A DNA stretch of 64,000 nucleotides, taken from the NCBI GenBank assembly GCA_951406725.2, contig OX597827.1, forward strand, positions 7,068,001-7,132,000, in the 5' to 3' direction. Below, in pieces: positions 53,578 through 64,000 of this stretch. Made by a program: the position numbers and the translations under genes. Under the pieces are notes generated by a model. The model saw only the letters and a program-made list of their open reading frames with translations, was not told where the DNA came from and ran no database searches. The DNA is from Octopus vulgaris. Lineage: Eukaryota. The number at the start of each line of letters is the position of its first letter. The stretch's first letter is position 1.

Positions 53578-53656
53578 AATATAATTATTTAACCACTTAT
53601 ATATATATATCATCATCATATATATATATATATATATAAATATATAAATATATGTA

Positions 53657-53694
<38 letters not shown>

Positions 53695-53907
53695 GTGTAT
53701 ATTCTGTAAATAATAATAATATTTTATAAACTTAAAGCTTATGGGCGATCACTGTGCATTGACTAACGAAAATAGTCTAACACTGGGGCATATTACTTCT
53801 TGATGGCACAGCTTCTCAAATCATCAAAGAAAATGCAAATACTTGTTTGTTTAAAAATCAACACTATGAAATTATAGTTCTTAAATCTACCAGGAAGTAG
53901 TGAGTGG

Positions 53908-53976
53908 GTATGTTGGTGTAATAGTAGCACACCTATTGTGAATATATAGAGGTGTGGGTTTGAGTCCCATGCATAT
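53908..53976 (+). pseudogene. Degenerate tRNA-like sequence (tRNA pseudogene or SINE head)
   Basis: A-box-like tggtgtaatagt, T-arm gtggg-tttgagt-cccat, partial acceptor pairing; anticodon arm does not fold canonically. Confidence 0.35.
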
Positions 53977-54297
53977 GGAAAACTCACTTTTTTCCATCGA
54001 GGGCTTCTATGCCCCAATATTAGACTGTCCATACAAGGTGATTGCTTATAAGCTTTTAGCTTCTAAAATAATATTATCATTTACAAAGTTGTCACTCATC
54101 ACAACCTCTCATGTATATATACAATGGTCTTTTACACATATTTTATCTACCACACTTGCTCACAAGGCATTGGTCAGCCTGGAGCTTCAGCAGAAGAAAC
54201 TTGCCCAAAGTGCCACACAAGGGGGCTGAGCCCAAAACTTAGTGGTTACAAAGCTAGCTTCTTAACCACACAGCCTATTATTTATTTTTTTCAGCTA

Positions 54298-54449
54298 TAC
54301 CGTTACTTAGCGGTTCGGCAAAAGAGACCGATGGAATAAGTACTGGGCTTACAAAAGAATAAGTCCCGGGGTCGAGTTGCTCGATTAAAGGCGGTGCTCC
54401 AGCATGGCCGCAGTCAAATGACTGAAACAAGTAAAAGAGTAAAAGAGTA
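54298..54449 (+). mobile_element. 3' part of SINE family A, abutting an inverted older copy at ~54140-54275
   Basis: acttagcggttcggcaaaagagaccgat...gtaaaagagtaaaagag. Confidence 0.8.
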
Positions 54450-54972
54450 ATACCCAATCAAAAACTATATCATTCAATATGTCCTTCCTTCTTTTGTGGT
54501 GTTAGGATGCAATCTGAAGGGTAATTGGTTACTATTTTTAACAGACCAAATAACCACATACTGTTGTCCTTGTTGTCTTGTTAAAATACTGATTACTGAA
54601 GGCACTTCTGATGTCATTCTAAAACTAATTTACATTTATCATAATGATGCTTACATTTCTACTTTTGTAACATTTCCATTAACAATTGGAATTCATTAAA
54701 ATTGTGAGATCAATTAGTCAATCAGTCAATGAGACCAACACATAAAAATAATCAATAACGCAAAAAGTTTTCGTTTTGTTGAAATACTTTTAATGAAAAA
54801 TTTCTGTGTAAATTAATACAAAGTGAATACATTGTTTTAAATACATATACAAAAAAAAAGAAAAAAAGAAACAAACAAAAAGCATGTTTACTTCTTCTGT
54901 TATTTAATCTCGTTTTCAGTTTTTTTAATGATCTGATACAATTTAACATTTAAAAAAATAAATATATGTACT

Positions 54973-54976
<4 letters not shown>

Positions 54977-55044
<68 letters not shown>

Positions 55045-55320
55045 CATACCATATACATACACACATATTTATTTATATGTAAATATATGTATATATAAAT
55101 ATATATATATGTACATATATATATATATATATATATAAATATATATATATGTACATATATATATATATATATATAAATATATATATATGTACATATATAT
55201 ATACATATATATATATAATGCACACATAAACATATATATACACATGCATATATATATATATACATACAATGACACATACATGTACGTATATATACACATT
55301 TACATGTATATATCTATATA
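54977..55320. repeat. (TA)n-rich tract with a higher-order ~38-bp unit
   Basis: tataaatatatatatatgtacatatat repeated three times in 55090-55200. Confidence 0.9.
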
Positions 55321-56277
55321 TTTCACAAAATGTTTTATAAAGATGGAAAAAAAAAAATTATCAATATGCAACATGTGTGTTTATTTTTGTAACTACTTCA
55401 AAAAAATAATATTCAGTATGGAATTTAATTTGGATTTCATTATATTTCATTAGTCTAACATATTAGACCATAAAATCACACGCACTCACATGTATACATG
55501 CACGTACACACACACACACACACACGCGCGCGCGCTCACTCACACACCAACATTTATTATGACATACTACTGGCTAAGGTTTGTACAATCAATAGGTTTT
55601 CATCTATAAGTGACATTGGTATGGATTAAGTTTGTCTCTATTTGACATCACATAAAAAATAGTTAAGTTTCGGAACAGACAATTAGAAAAATATCAAAAA
55701 TCTTTAACTATTCACAAATTATCATGTGGCAAGGTAATGTATGAAATATTTATCACATCGGGATAGTAGCTCACTACTAAGACCCAACAGTTAAAAAAAA
55801 GAAAAAAAACAAAACATGAAGAACATGGATCGCACCGTCCCTCATCCCACCCCATGGCGACAGGGCATCCATTAATAACCCAATTAATATGTTAGTACTA
55901 GTCTACTGAACTTCAGACTTGGTTAGTTGCTGATTTCTTTTGATCTGGCCCAATCTTTGAAGAATTAGAAGATGCATGTAATTGAATCAAAGCTAGTATA
56001 TTGCTGGTACTATATTATAAATCCTGGCAAGCCATTTTTGGCAAGATTTCAACACAAAAATCATACGTACAAAATGAAATACTGTTAGGGATTAAATTCA
56101 GCATTTTACTTTGTCTGATGTTCTTAAATTGGGTTTATAGTGTTTTCTGGGTTTTCCAAAATGCGGCTATTGGAATGGTCAAATTTCTGCAAATGGTTCT
56201 CATAAAATGGATCTGTGTCATCAAGTAAAACATCATTGTTTGATATTGTATTCTTTTGAGGTTTTTGTTGTTTAGCT

Positions 56278-56398
56278 CAAGGTTAATCATGATCAAGTGG
56301 ACCTATGATCAAATAGACCCAGGTTAATGATAATGAAGTAGGCCTATCATCAGGTAGACCTAGGCTAATAAGGATCAAATAAGACCTCTGATCAAAGA
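56278..56398. repeat. Degenerate ~41-bp tandem repeat, 3 copies
   Basis: aggttaat.atgatcaagt.gacctatgatcaa.tagacc recurs at 56280, 56321, 56362. Confidence 0.6.
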
Positions 56399-56918
56399 TG
56401 TTTAACCTTGACCTTAACATTTTTCGTTTATTAGAATTATTTTTCTAAGACTACATTATTCAGTATTATTTTTCTTCTTTCAGGATAATAGAGCAACACT
56501 TCCCAACCAGAGTTTCCCAGTACCTTAGGTTTCCACAAGAGGTCACTAGGGTCTCCTCAAGAATTCATGATAAATAATAAATAGGCTAATTATATATAAA
56601 TATATTTTTCATGTTTAATTCTTATATCATAAGTTTATTATACATGAACAGAATTCTCTAATGTAAGGAAACCCTGCCATCGGCAAGTAGTAAGGAGGCC
56701 CAATAAGAAAAATAAGTAACCTTAGTGAGGATTGATGAGGAATCTGGTCTAAACAGGGTCTTAGTTAAGACAAAATTTCTAAAGCCTTTGTCACATCTGA
56801 TAGATTTAAGCAACCACACTTTTTAAAGCCAACTTTATGATTTGTTTCATCCCTTATGAAATTTAATTTTATGAAAAAGAAATAAAATGATTAATATATA
56901 TACATTAATATTTATATA

Positions 56919-57181
56919 TTACGGAGATGTACTCGCATAGCAAGTGATTTGATCTGAGATCGTGTGCTGGAACGAAAACAATTGCAGCGTGGAAGGTGTC
57001 TGTAAGCCATTTAAGAAACATACAAAAGCCGTTCGATTCACTTCAACATTTAAATTTAATTTAAACAGGTCGCGGATTTTAGCGACGAAAATATTTTGAC
57101 AAATTAAACTTAAATGTTGAAGTGAATTGAATGGCTTTTGCGTGTTTCTTAAATGGCTTACAAACACCTTCCACGCTGCAA
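56919..57181. mobile_element. Palindromic element 3 (81-bp arms, 38-nt spacer, ~63-nt tail)
   Basis: Arms 56982-57062 / 57101-57181; direct repeat aatatttatata at 56907-56918 and 57181-57192; spacer has stem GTCGC/GCGAC-GAAA-ATAT-TT. Confidence 0.7.
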
Positions 57182-58120
57182 ATATTTATATAAGTATAAT
57201 GATAGGAAATGCAGCAATAAAATGTAAATTTTAGGAAGATTTGGCTACTATTTCTAGGAAATTGAGTGACTTTGTGAAGGTTCTTTTCTTGTTGACAAGC
57301 TGTAGGAAAAGATTTAAGACTGGAAATGTATGGTCCCTTTTGCAGACATGTTATCATGCTTGTCAAAGCTGTTTTAGCAGAACAAAATCAAATAATGGCA
57401 TAAAAGTTAATAAATCCTATTGGAAATGTCTGCCTGAAAGTTCAGTTAAATTATATTTCAGCAGAAATCGCACCTTGCTCATCTGATCAAAACAACTTTT
57501 AATCAAATGAAACTGCAATATAGTAAAAACGATCTCTTCTGCCAGTAACTTAAGGCTCCATGCTGGCATTAAAAGATTATAATCACTGCAGAATCTGACA
57601 GATTACAAAATTATCTTATGGTGAACTTTATCACCTATCAGATCATAAAGGTACCACTACTAGATTCATCGTTTGATTTTATCCAGGGCAAATTAACTTG
57701 GCAGATTGCTTGGCTCAACCCAAGTTGTTATATATATATATATAGGACCTCATATAGGAAAAGTTGAATGAATATTAAAAGCTAAAAAGAAACACTTGTT
57801 AAGTTTGTATTACTGCTAGGTGTGAACTGAGCTGTTGAGGATGTTGAGAGTTAAGTCTCTTTGTACGGATACAATACTGTGCTAGAAGTGTTACAGGGGA
57901 CAGAGAAATATGGAGAAAGAAAGAGAGGATGATAGAAAGAATAAGAAAAAGACAGGGAAAAATAAAAAGGGGATAAAGAAAAAGCGAGGTTGAGCTGGGA
58001 GACAAATATGGAGAAAGGAAGAGAGAAAGAGTGAGAGGGAGAAGTAGGTATGAATAAAAAGGGGCCGATAGAATTACAAATAAGGAGAGATGTAGACAGA
58101 TACATACAAAACACACACAT

Positions 58121-58518
58121 ACTCTTTTACTTGTTTCAGTCATTTGACTGCAGCCATGCTGGAGCACCGCCTTTAATCGAGCAACTCGACCCCGGGACTT
58201 ATTCTTTCTGTAAGCCCAGTACTTATTCTATCGGTCTCTTTTGCCGAACCGCTAAGTAATGGGGACGTAAACACACCAGCATCGGTTGTCAAGCAATGCT
58301 AGGGGGACAAACACAGACACGTATACACACATATATATATATATACATATATACGACGGGCTTCTTTCAGTTTCCGTCTACCAAATCCACTCACAAGGCA
58401 TTGGTTGGCCTGAGGCTATAGTAGAAGACACTTGCCCAAGGTGCCACGCAGTGGGACTGAACCCGGAACCATGTGTTTGGTAAGCAAGCTACTTACCACA
58501 CAGCCACTCCTGCGCCTA
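58121..58518 (-). mobile_element. Full-length SINE family A
   Basis: Near-identical to 525-946. Confidence 0.88.
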
Positions 58519-58902
58519 TACACATATATATGTTTATGCATGCATACTTGAAACCATCCATCCATCCAGTCATCTGTCCGTCTGGTTGTCTGTCTGTTCA
58601 TCCATTCATCCATCCATGACGTTGGTCCTTTTTCTCTTCATTTGCAAAAGATCTACACTTTCTTTTTATTTGTAATTAATCAAGAATCTGAAAAGCTTTA
58701 GTAAACATAAACTAACTTATATTTTAAGCTGCTGTTAGGAACCTGAACAATTATCACTTTCGCATGAAATAACAATGGAAAGTTTTCAGTTGAAATATAA
58801 ACACCTTTAAAATGAAGTATTGTATCTTAGAACCAGAGGTGGTCACGGACGAGTTGGTATCGAAAGGATTATAAATACAGTAATGATAGAGATGGTATTG
58901 TT

Positions 58903-58992
58903 GTTGATGATGATGATGATGATGATGACGACAATTATGGTGACGATAATGTTGATGACAACAATGATGATGGTGATGATGATGATCATGAA
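58903..58992. repeat. Degenerate (GAT)n microsatellite
   Basis: Direct reading. Confidence 0.85.
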
Positions 58993-59175
58993 GATCGCAG
59001 TGATGACTGCTTAAACATTAATCTATTTCAGAAAAACTTTTCTAAAGAGCTTAAAAGATACAGAGGATGATGGAACAGTCATAGATCAATTGTGCAAAGT
59101 GTTATAAAGATGAAGTATATTTTCTTTAGAACTATGCTAAATATAAAATGAATTCAAAACAACATGTCTGAATTA

Positions 59176-59426
59176 TTTCGCTTTTTGGATTTAGTTTGCA
59201 AGATTCTTTTATATGAGTTCGTGAGTTGAAGTATATTCTGTTATGTCTGGGGAGAGTCATTTTCTTTTTGTGCCTTATAATGTAACATACTCACAGGTAA
59301 AATTTCCACTTATTTCTTATTTTTATTTTTATTATTATTTTAAAAAAAGAAAAAAAAGAAGAAAAAGTGGAAATTTTACATTATAAGGCAGAAAAAGAAA
59401 ATGATTCTCCCCAGACACAACAGAAT
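59176..59426. mobile_element. Palindromic element 4 (~70-85-bp arms, ~60-nt tail)
   Basis: Arms ~59235-59320 / 59356-59426; perfect 12-bp direct repeat atgtctgaatta at 59164-59175 and 59425-59436. Confidence 0.7.
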
Positions 59427-59592
59427 GTCTGAATTAGATATAAATTCTTGTTCCCCCCCGCTTTTTGTTTTATAGAACTTGATTTTACAATTTCATATAT
59501 TTTAGTCATTATATGGATCTTGTAATTTTAAACTTGCAGCACATTATTTTGAATCAGTTTTGATAACACTCAACAGAACTTTCATATTTTAT

Positions 59593-59975
59593 CGTTTACT
59601 TGTTTCAGTCATTAGACTGTGGCCATGCTTGAAGAAGTTTTTGTCAAATGAATTGACCCTAGTACTTATTTTTTGTTAAGCCTAGTACTTATTCTATCAG
59701 CCTCTTTTGCCGAACTGCTAAGTTACGGCAACATTAACATGCCAATAGCAGTAGTCAAGCAGTGGAGTGAGGACAAACACAGACACAATAAAACATACAC
59801 ATACGCATATATATATATGATGTGCTTCTTTCAGTTTCCATCTACCAAATCCACCCACAAGGCTTTGGTCGGCCCAAGGCTATAGTAGAAGGCACTTGCT
59901 GAAGGTGCCACGAAGTGGGACTGAACCAGGAACCATGTGGTTGAGAAGCAAGCTTCTTACCACATAGCCGTGCCT
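59593..59975 (-). mobile_element. SINE family A, diverged
   Basis: Collinear with 58121-58518. Confidence 0.8.
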
Positions 59976-61022
59976 GTGCCAATGAAATAGCAAAAGGCAC
60001 TTTTCTGTTTTCCCAAGAATGTAATGATTTTGGTGCTGTAAGTGGTTGAGGTGGAGGGGGATAAGAAGAAGCATGAGAAATAAATTCAGATGTACTGAGG
60101 TACGGAACAAAAGGAAAGATTTCTTCATTTTTATCTGGGATTAAGAAATACTTTCGCTTCTCCATTTAAAACAAAAAACAAAAAAGGAAATCATTAAAAT
60201 TTAGTTTTTTATGAATCAATGTACATTTGGTAGACAACAATGAACATTTATTATATGATTTTATGAAGTGATATATCAATAAAATTATGAGGACGGATGA
60301 TCTAAGACACTTGGTAAAATTTTCTTTTGGAATTCTATGAAGATTATGTAATTGCTTTACACTATAAAATTCCATTCATGGCATTCATGGGAACAGCGAT
60401 ATGAGAAGAGGACTGTCTTTGAAATAAAGTGATATCATACAAAAGAACTCACCAAAATATTACTATATTTGTTGGCATAGGAGGAAGCCTTTGACTTATT
60501 CCAGCAATGTAACCTCATGGTCGACTATATTTTACATGATGGGTCATGAAAATTTTCTGGAGTCTACCATAAAAGTATTAAAAAAAAACCACAAAAAAAA
60601 AACTAAAAAAAAAGAAAAGAAAAACCCGCAAAAAATGCTGTTTTGGTGTGTTTTAGCTACCAACAAATAGAATACTTTGAGGAAGTGGAGTATATGTGTA
60701 CGTGGACATATGTTTATGACCACAAGTATGTGTGTGTTGACAAATGCATGTATGACTACAAGCATGTGAGTGTATGTGTATGTGTGTGTATGCAGACATA
60801 TGTATATATGACCACAAATGTGCATGTGCATGTGTGATATGCATATGTATGTGTGGGTGTGGGTCATGTATTTATCCAAGCATGTGTTTCGGTATCTGTT
60901 AACCTGTGCCCAAACATGCTTCGTTTTTCTCATGAGAAATCTTATTATAAAAATATATTAATCATTTTCATAACATTGTGATGATGATTCATACACATAT
61001 AAACATTTTGGTGTAAAGTGAC

Positions 61023-61100
61023 CTTTTGTGAAATATCCATTAGTGGAATATCCTTTTGTGGAATATCCTTATGGAATATCCTTTAGTATAAATATCCTCT
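61023..61100. repeat. Minisatellite, ~16-bp unit gtggaatatccttt, about 5 copies
   Basis: Direct reading. Confidence 0.7.
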
Positions 61101-61161
61101 TGCAGTTAACTCTTCATATCTCCATATTAGTAAATTGCTTTTTGGAAAAAAGCAAACTTAT

Positions 61162-61412
61162 TCATGTCTTTGGTATTGGTGGTAATGGTCTAGAATAACA
61201 ATTAAAACTGTTTTTCATTGGTAAATTCCAAGGTTTCTGTGACAAGGGAGGGTCTGTTGGATTAATTCTTCCAAGTTTCAAATCAATGATATCAGCGGTA
61301 GATTGATTGGTAGATTGATTATTTACAAACGAGCAGCCCTCAGAAGAAACGTTGTCATTTTTTGGGTGTAAAGGTGGGTTAGACAACTTAATGTCTGATT
61401 CATCTCGACAGC
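61162..61412 (-). CDS. Terminal coding exon of a more distantly related protocadherin whose other exons are not in the window
   Basis: ttttctcag acceptor, phase-1 open frame (G)CRDESDIKLSNPP...PWNLPMKNSFNCYSRPLPPIPKT*; CR start and PM..(S/A)F...PLP.(I/V)PK end align with the array's terminal exons. Confidence 0.7.
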
Positions 61413-61634
61413 CTGAGAAAATATAAAGAAATGAATGTAAGGATAGAAAGAATAAAAAAATGTCTCATTAACCCTACACAATCAAGCCAATCATATGCAT
61501 GTGATATGTACATATGACCCTATATGACCTGACACAGATGCATATGCATAGATAAATACAAGGCCTGCACCCACACATACATATGCATATCACACATAGA
61601 CTGGTTTAGATGGTATAGGGTTAATTCATATCAC

Positions 61635-61636
<2 letters not shown>

Positions 61637-61700
<64 letters not shown>

Positions 61701-61908
61701 TAATAATAATAATAATAATGATGAAATTATTGTATACAGTGCTCAGGTGCACCACAACTTGTCAGAAAGTGCGTATAGAGTATATGCAGTAATGTACAAA
61801 TGTCTGGAAAATGAACAGTGTATGAGTCAAATACATGCTTGTGTGTGTATGGAGGGGAGACAATCGGGTGTAGTGTTGGCGAATCTCAGGAAGCATGGAA
61901 GTTTTGAA
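61637..61908 (-). mobile_element. CR1 3' fragment with long (AAT)n tail (short tails also at ~5506-5615, 45540-45590, 46245-46285)
   Basis: FKTSMLPEIRQHYT frame shared with 48084-48410; gtgctcaggtgcaccacaac terminus. Confidence 0.8.
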
Positions 61909-62400
61909 CCAGCACAGATATTCTATGCATTTTATGTTAAAACTTGCCAGATCCAGCCTCTCACACTTACCCAATGAAAATAAACAATGCCATCATCGAA
62001 ATCTCGAAGCTACAAGATATTTCATGACTTATTCAATGCAATGAGAATAAGTAATCTTTATATTTGTTAGAGTAATCTGAATGCTAAAAAAACGTAAGTC
62101 ATTAATTTTTGATTTTGTCTTTTTTATTTATATATTTTAGTCTGCAGGAAAGACTATGTCCATAACACCTTCTCTCCATTCACCCTTTCTGAGATAGGTA
62201 GAAGAGAAAGAGAGAAAGAGAGGGAGAGAGAGAGAGGGAGAGAGAGAGAGAGGAGAGAGGAACTGACTCTCAGCCTGGAGATCTGGTCTGAGTGCTTGTA
62301 ACAGAGTGGGTTCTGCTAAAGACATTCTGATCGGGCAAACTTGTGATTGTAGACTGATTTGGCTGCTATTTCTGTTAGCAGAACTGAAAGAGTATTATGT

Positions 62401-63035
62401 TTGTTCCTTCTCAAGCCACGCCTGGCTCATAAGGGCTGGTTTCTCAGTTTGCTTGGATGGGACACTGGTCTGTCACAGGTGGGCTGCAAGATGCAGGAGG
62501 AAAGTGTGAGAGAAAGTTGTGGCGAAAGAGTCAGCAGAAGTTTGCCATTACCTTCTGCTGGAGTCATATGGAGCTTAGGTCGTAGGATCGCGGTTTCGAT
62601 TCCCAGACCGGGCATTGTGAGTGTTTATTGAGCGAAAACACCTAAAGCTTCCCGAGGCTCCTGCAGGGGGTGGTGGTGAACCCTGCTGTACTCTTTCACC
62701 ACAACTTTCTCTCACTCTTACTTCCTGTTTCTGTTGTACCTGTATTTCAAAGGGCCAGCCTTGTCACACTCTGTGTCATGCTGAATTTCCTCGAGAACTA
62801 CATTAAGGGTACACGTGTCTGTGGAGTGCTCAGCCACTTGCACGTTAATTCCACGAGCAAGCTGTTCCGTTGATCGTATCAGCTGGGATCCTCATTGTCG
62901 TAACTGACGGAGAGCTCCTACAAAATGGAGCTTAGGTATTTCGCTCATAAACACACATCACCTGGTCTGAGATTCAAACCTGCAATCCCTCGACCGTGTG
63001 TCCGCTGCTCTAACCACTAGGCCATGTGCCTCTAC
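62401..63035 (-). mobile_element. SINE family B interrupted by a nested SINE
   Basis: Head at 62938-63035 and body at 62401-62580 align to 18858-19162. Confidence 0.8.
62581..62924 (+). mobile_element. 5'-truncated SINE family D nested in the family B copy
   Basis: B-box ggtttcgattccc; 13-bp TSD atggagcttaggt at 62568-62580 and 62925-62937. Confidence 0.85.
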
Positions 63036-63111
63036 AACAGGGTGTTACCCATGTCTGTAACTGCTCGTGGTTACATTGGTACCTGATATAACTAGAGTGC
63101 ACTAAGATAGT

Positions 63112-63305
63112 ATGCTGGCAGAATCGTTACAGCGCTAGACAAAATGCTTTGTGGCATTTCTTCTTACTTTACAAGTGTCACTAGGATCGAGTTTGCCTCT
63201 CATAATTTGAGAGTCGATAAAAAAGTACCAGCTGAGCACTGGGGTCAAGGCAATCGATTTACTCCTCCCCCAAAATTGATGGCCTTCTGTCAAAATCTGA
63301 ACACC
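63112..63305 (+). mobile_element. SINE family C, diverged
   Basis: gctggcagaatcgtta head and gataaaaaagtaccag.tgagcactggggtc core. Confidence 0.65.
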
Positions 63306-63866
63306 AGTATAACTAGAGTGCTTAGTGCTTGCTTTCAAGTCATACTTGGCTGTAATGATATCATATCTTTCCAGTTATTTGCACAATATTTTATGTACTT
63401 TGTATTATTTCCTCAAATCATTGTAACATGAAAGAGAATGCAATAATGGGCAGGTAACTCATTGTTTGGAGTGCTAAACTGTCATAGACAAAAGATTCCC
63501 AAGGATTCCCCATTCACTTTGGTTTCTCTTGTTAAATCAAATCCTGTGTGTACAGTTAAAGCATTTCCGTAGACTCTGTTTGAATTTTTAGTCTTTTGGC
63601 AAATTTTCTACTGACTCCAGTCTCATATCTGGCATTGGTGAATATATTCCAGTCATTCTATTCCCACTGAATAAAGCAGGTAAGGGCAACCTTTCTCATG
63701 CAGCCCGCTGCCTGAGACTTGACCCATCATCAGGCAGGCTGCACAACCAAAAAATTTAAGGTAATTTTTCCTTATGCATGCTACCCAGAAAGTCCCATGA
63801 AAAAAAGAAACAAACAAAAAAGAAAAGAAACAAAAAAGACCCTTGGTATATGGCTACAGTCTAATG

Positions 63867-64000
63867 CAGTGCTTTTCAACCTTTTTACTGGAGCGGAACC
63901 CCAAGAAAACATTTCACTGGCTCGAGGAACCCCTGTGCAATAATTTAATTGTCTTATGCACACATATCTGCACAGGAGAATTAAAAATTACTGTCGATTT
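63867..64000. mobile_element. Left end of a probable hAT-type MITE running off the window
   Basis: Terminus CAGTGCTTTTCAACCTTTT..GCGGAACCCC resembles hAT/Charlie ends; partner TIR not visible. Confidence 0.5.

Noticed and set aside
54900-55453. YI/IY-rich ORFs and similar ones elsewhere
   Set aside because: Translations of TA/TG/TAGA microsatellites
56722-56770. Possible decayed hammerhead (ttgatgag...taaacagggtc)
   Set aside because: Both core segments mutated and stems weak; cannot be told from chance
61023-61100. Short regular repeats resembling a CRISPR array
   Set aside because: No unique spacers, eukaryotic context, no cas genes

Overview
AT-rich, microsatellite- and SINE-dense animal DNA, most likely an octopus (inferred from the six-EC protocadherin type and the repeat families; not checked by search). 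Positions ~2.3-47.3 kb hold a head-to-tail tandem array of ~9 kb units on the minus strand. Five intact protocadherin genes are present. Each has a predicted non-coding first exon under a near-invariant promoter block, one large exon (signal peptide, 6 cadherin repeats, TM, juxtamembrane tail) and two small cytoplasmic exons of its own (151 nt and 293/323 nt) that splice in frame. A sixth promoter/first exon at ~2.3-2.5 kb serves a gene off the left edge, and a lone terminal exon at 61.2-61.4 kb belongs to a more distant protocadherin upstream. The paralogues are patchwork mosaics: EC5-EC6-TM are homogenised and EC1-EC4 are shuffled. The gene-free 47-61 kb interval carries Helitrons, CR1 tails, SINEs and four unrelated 'tail + palindrome' elements. 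Three of these have 12-15 bp flanking direct repeats. Two carry full minimal hammerhead ribozyme cores and one a partial core, consistent with Penelope-like retroelement remnants. All alignments and counts were made by eye.
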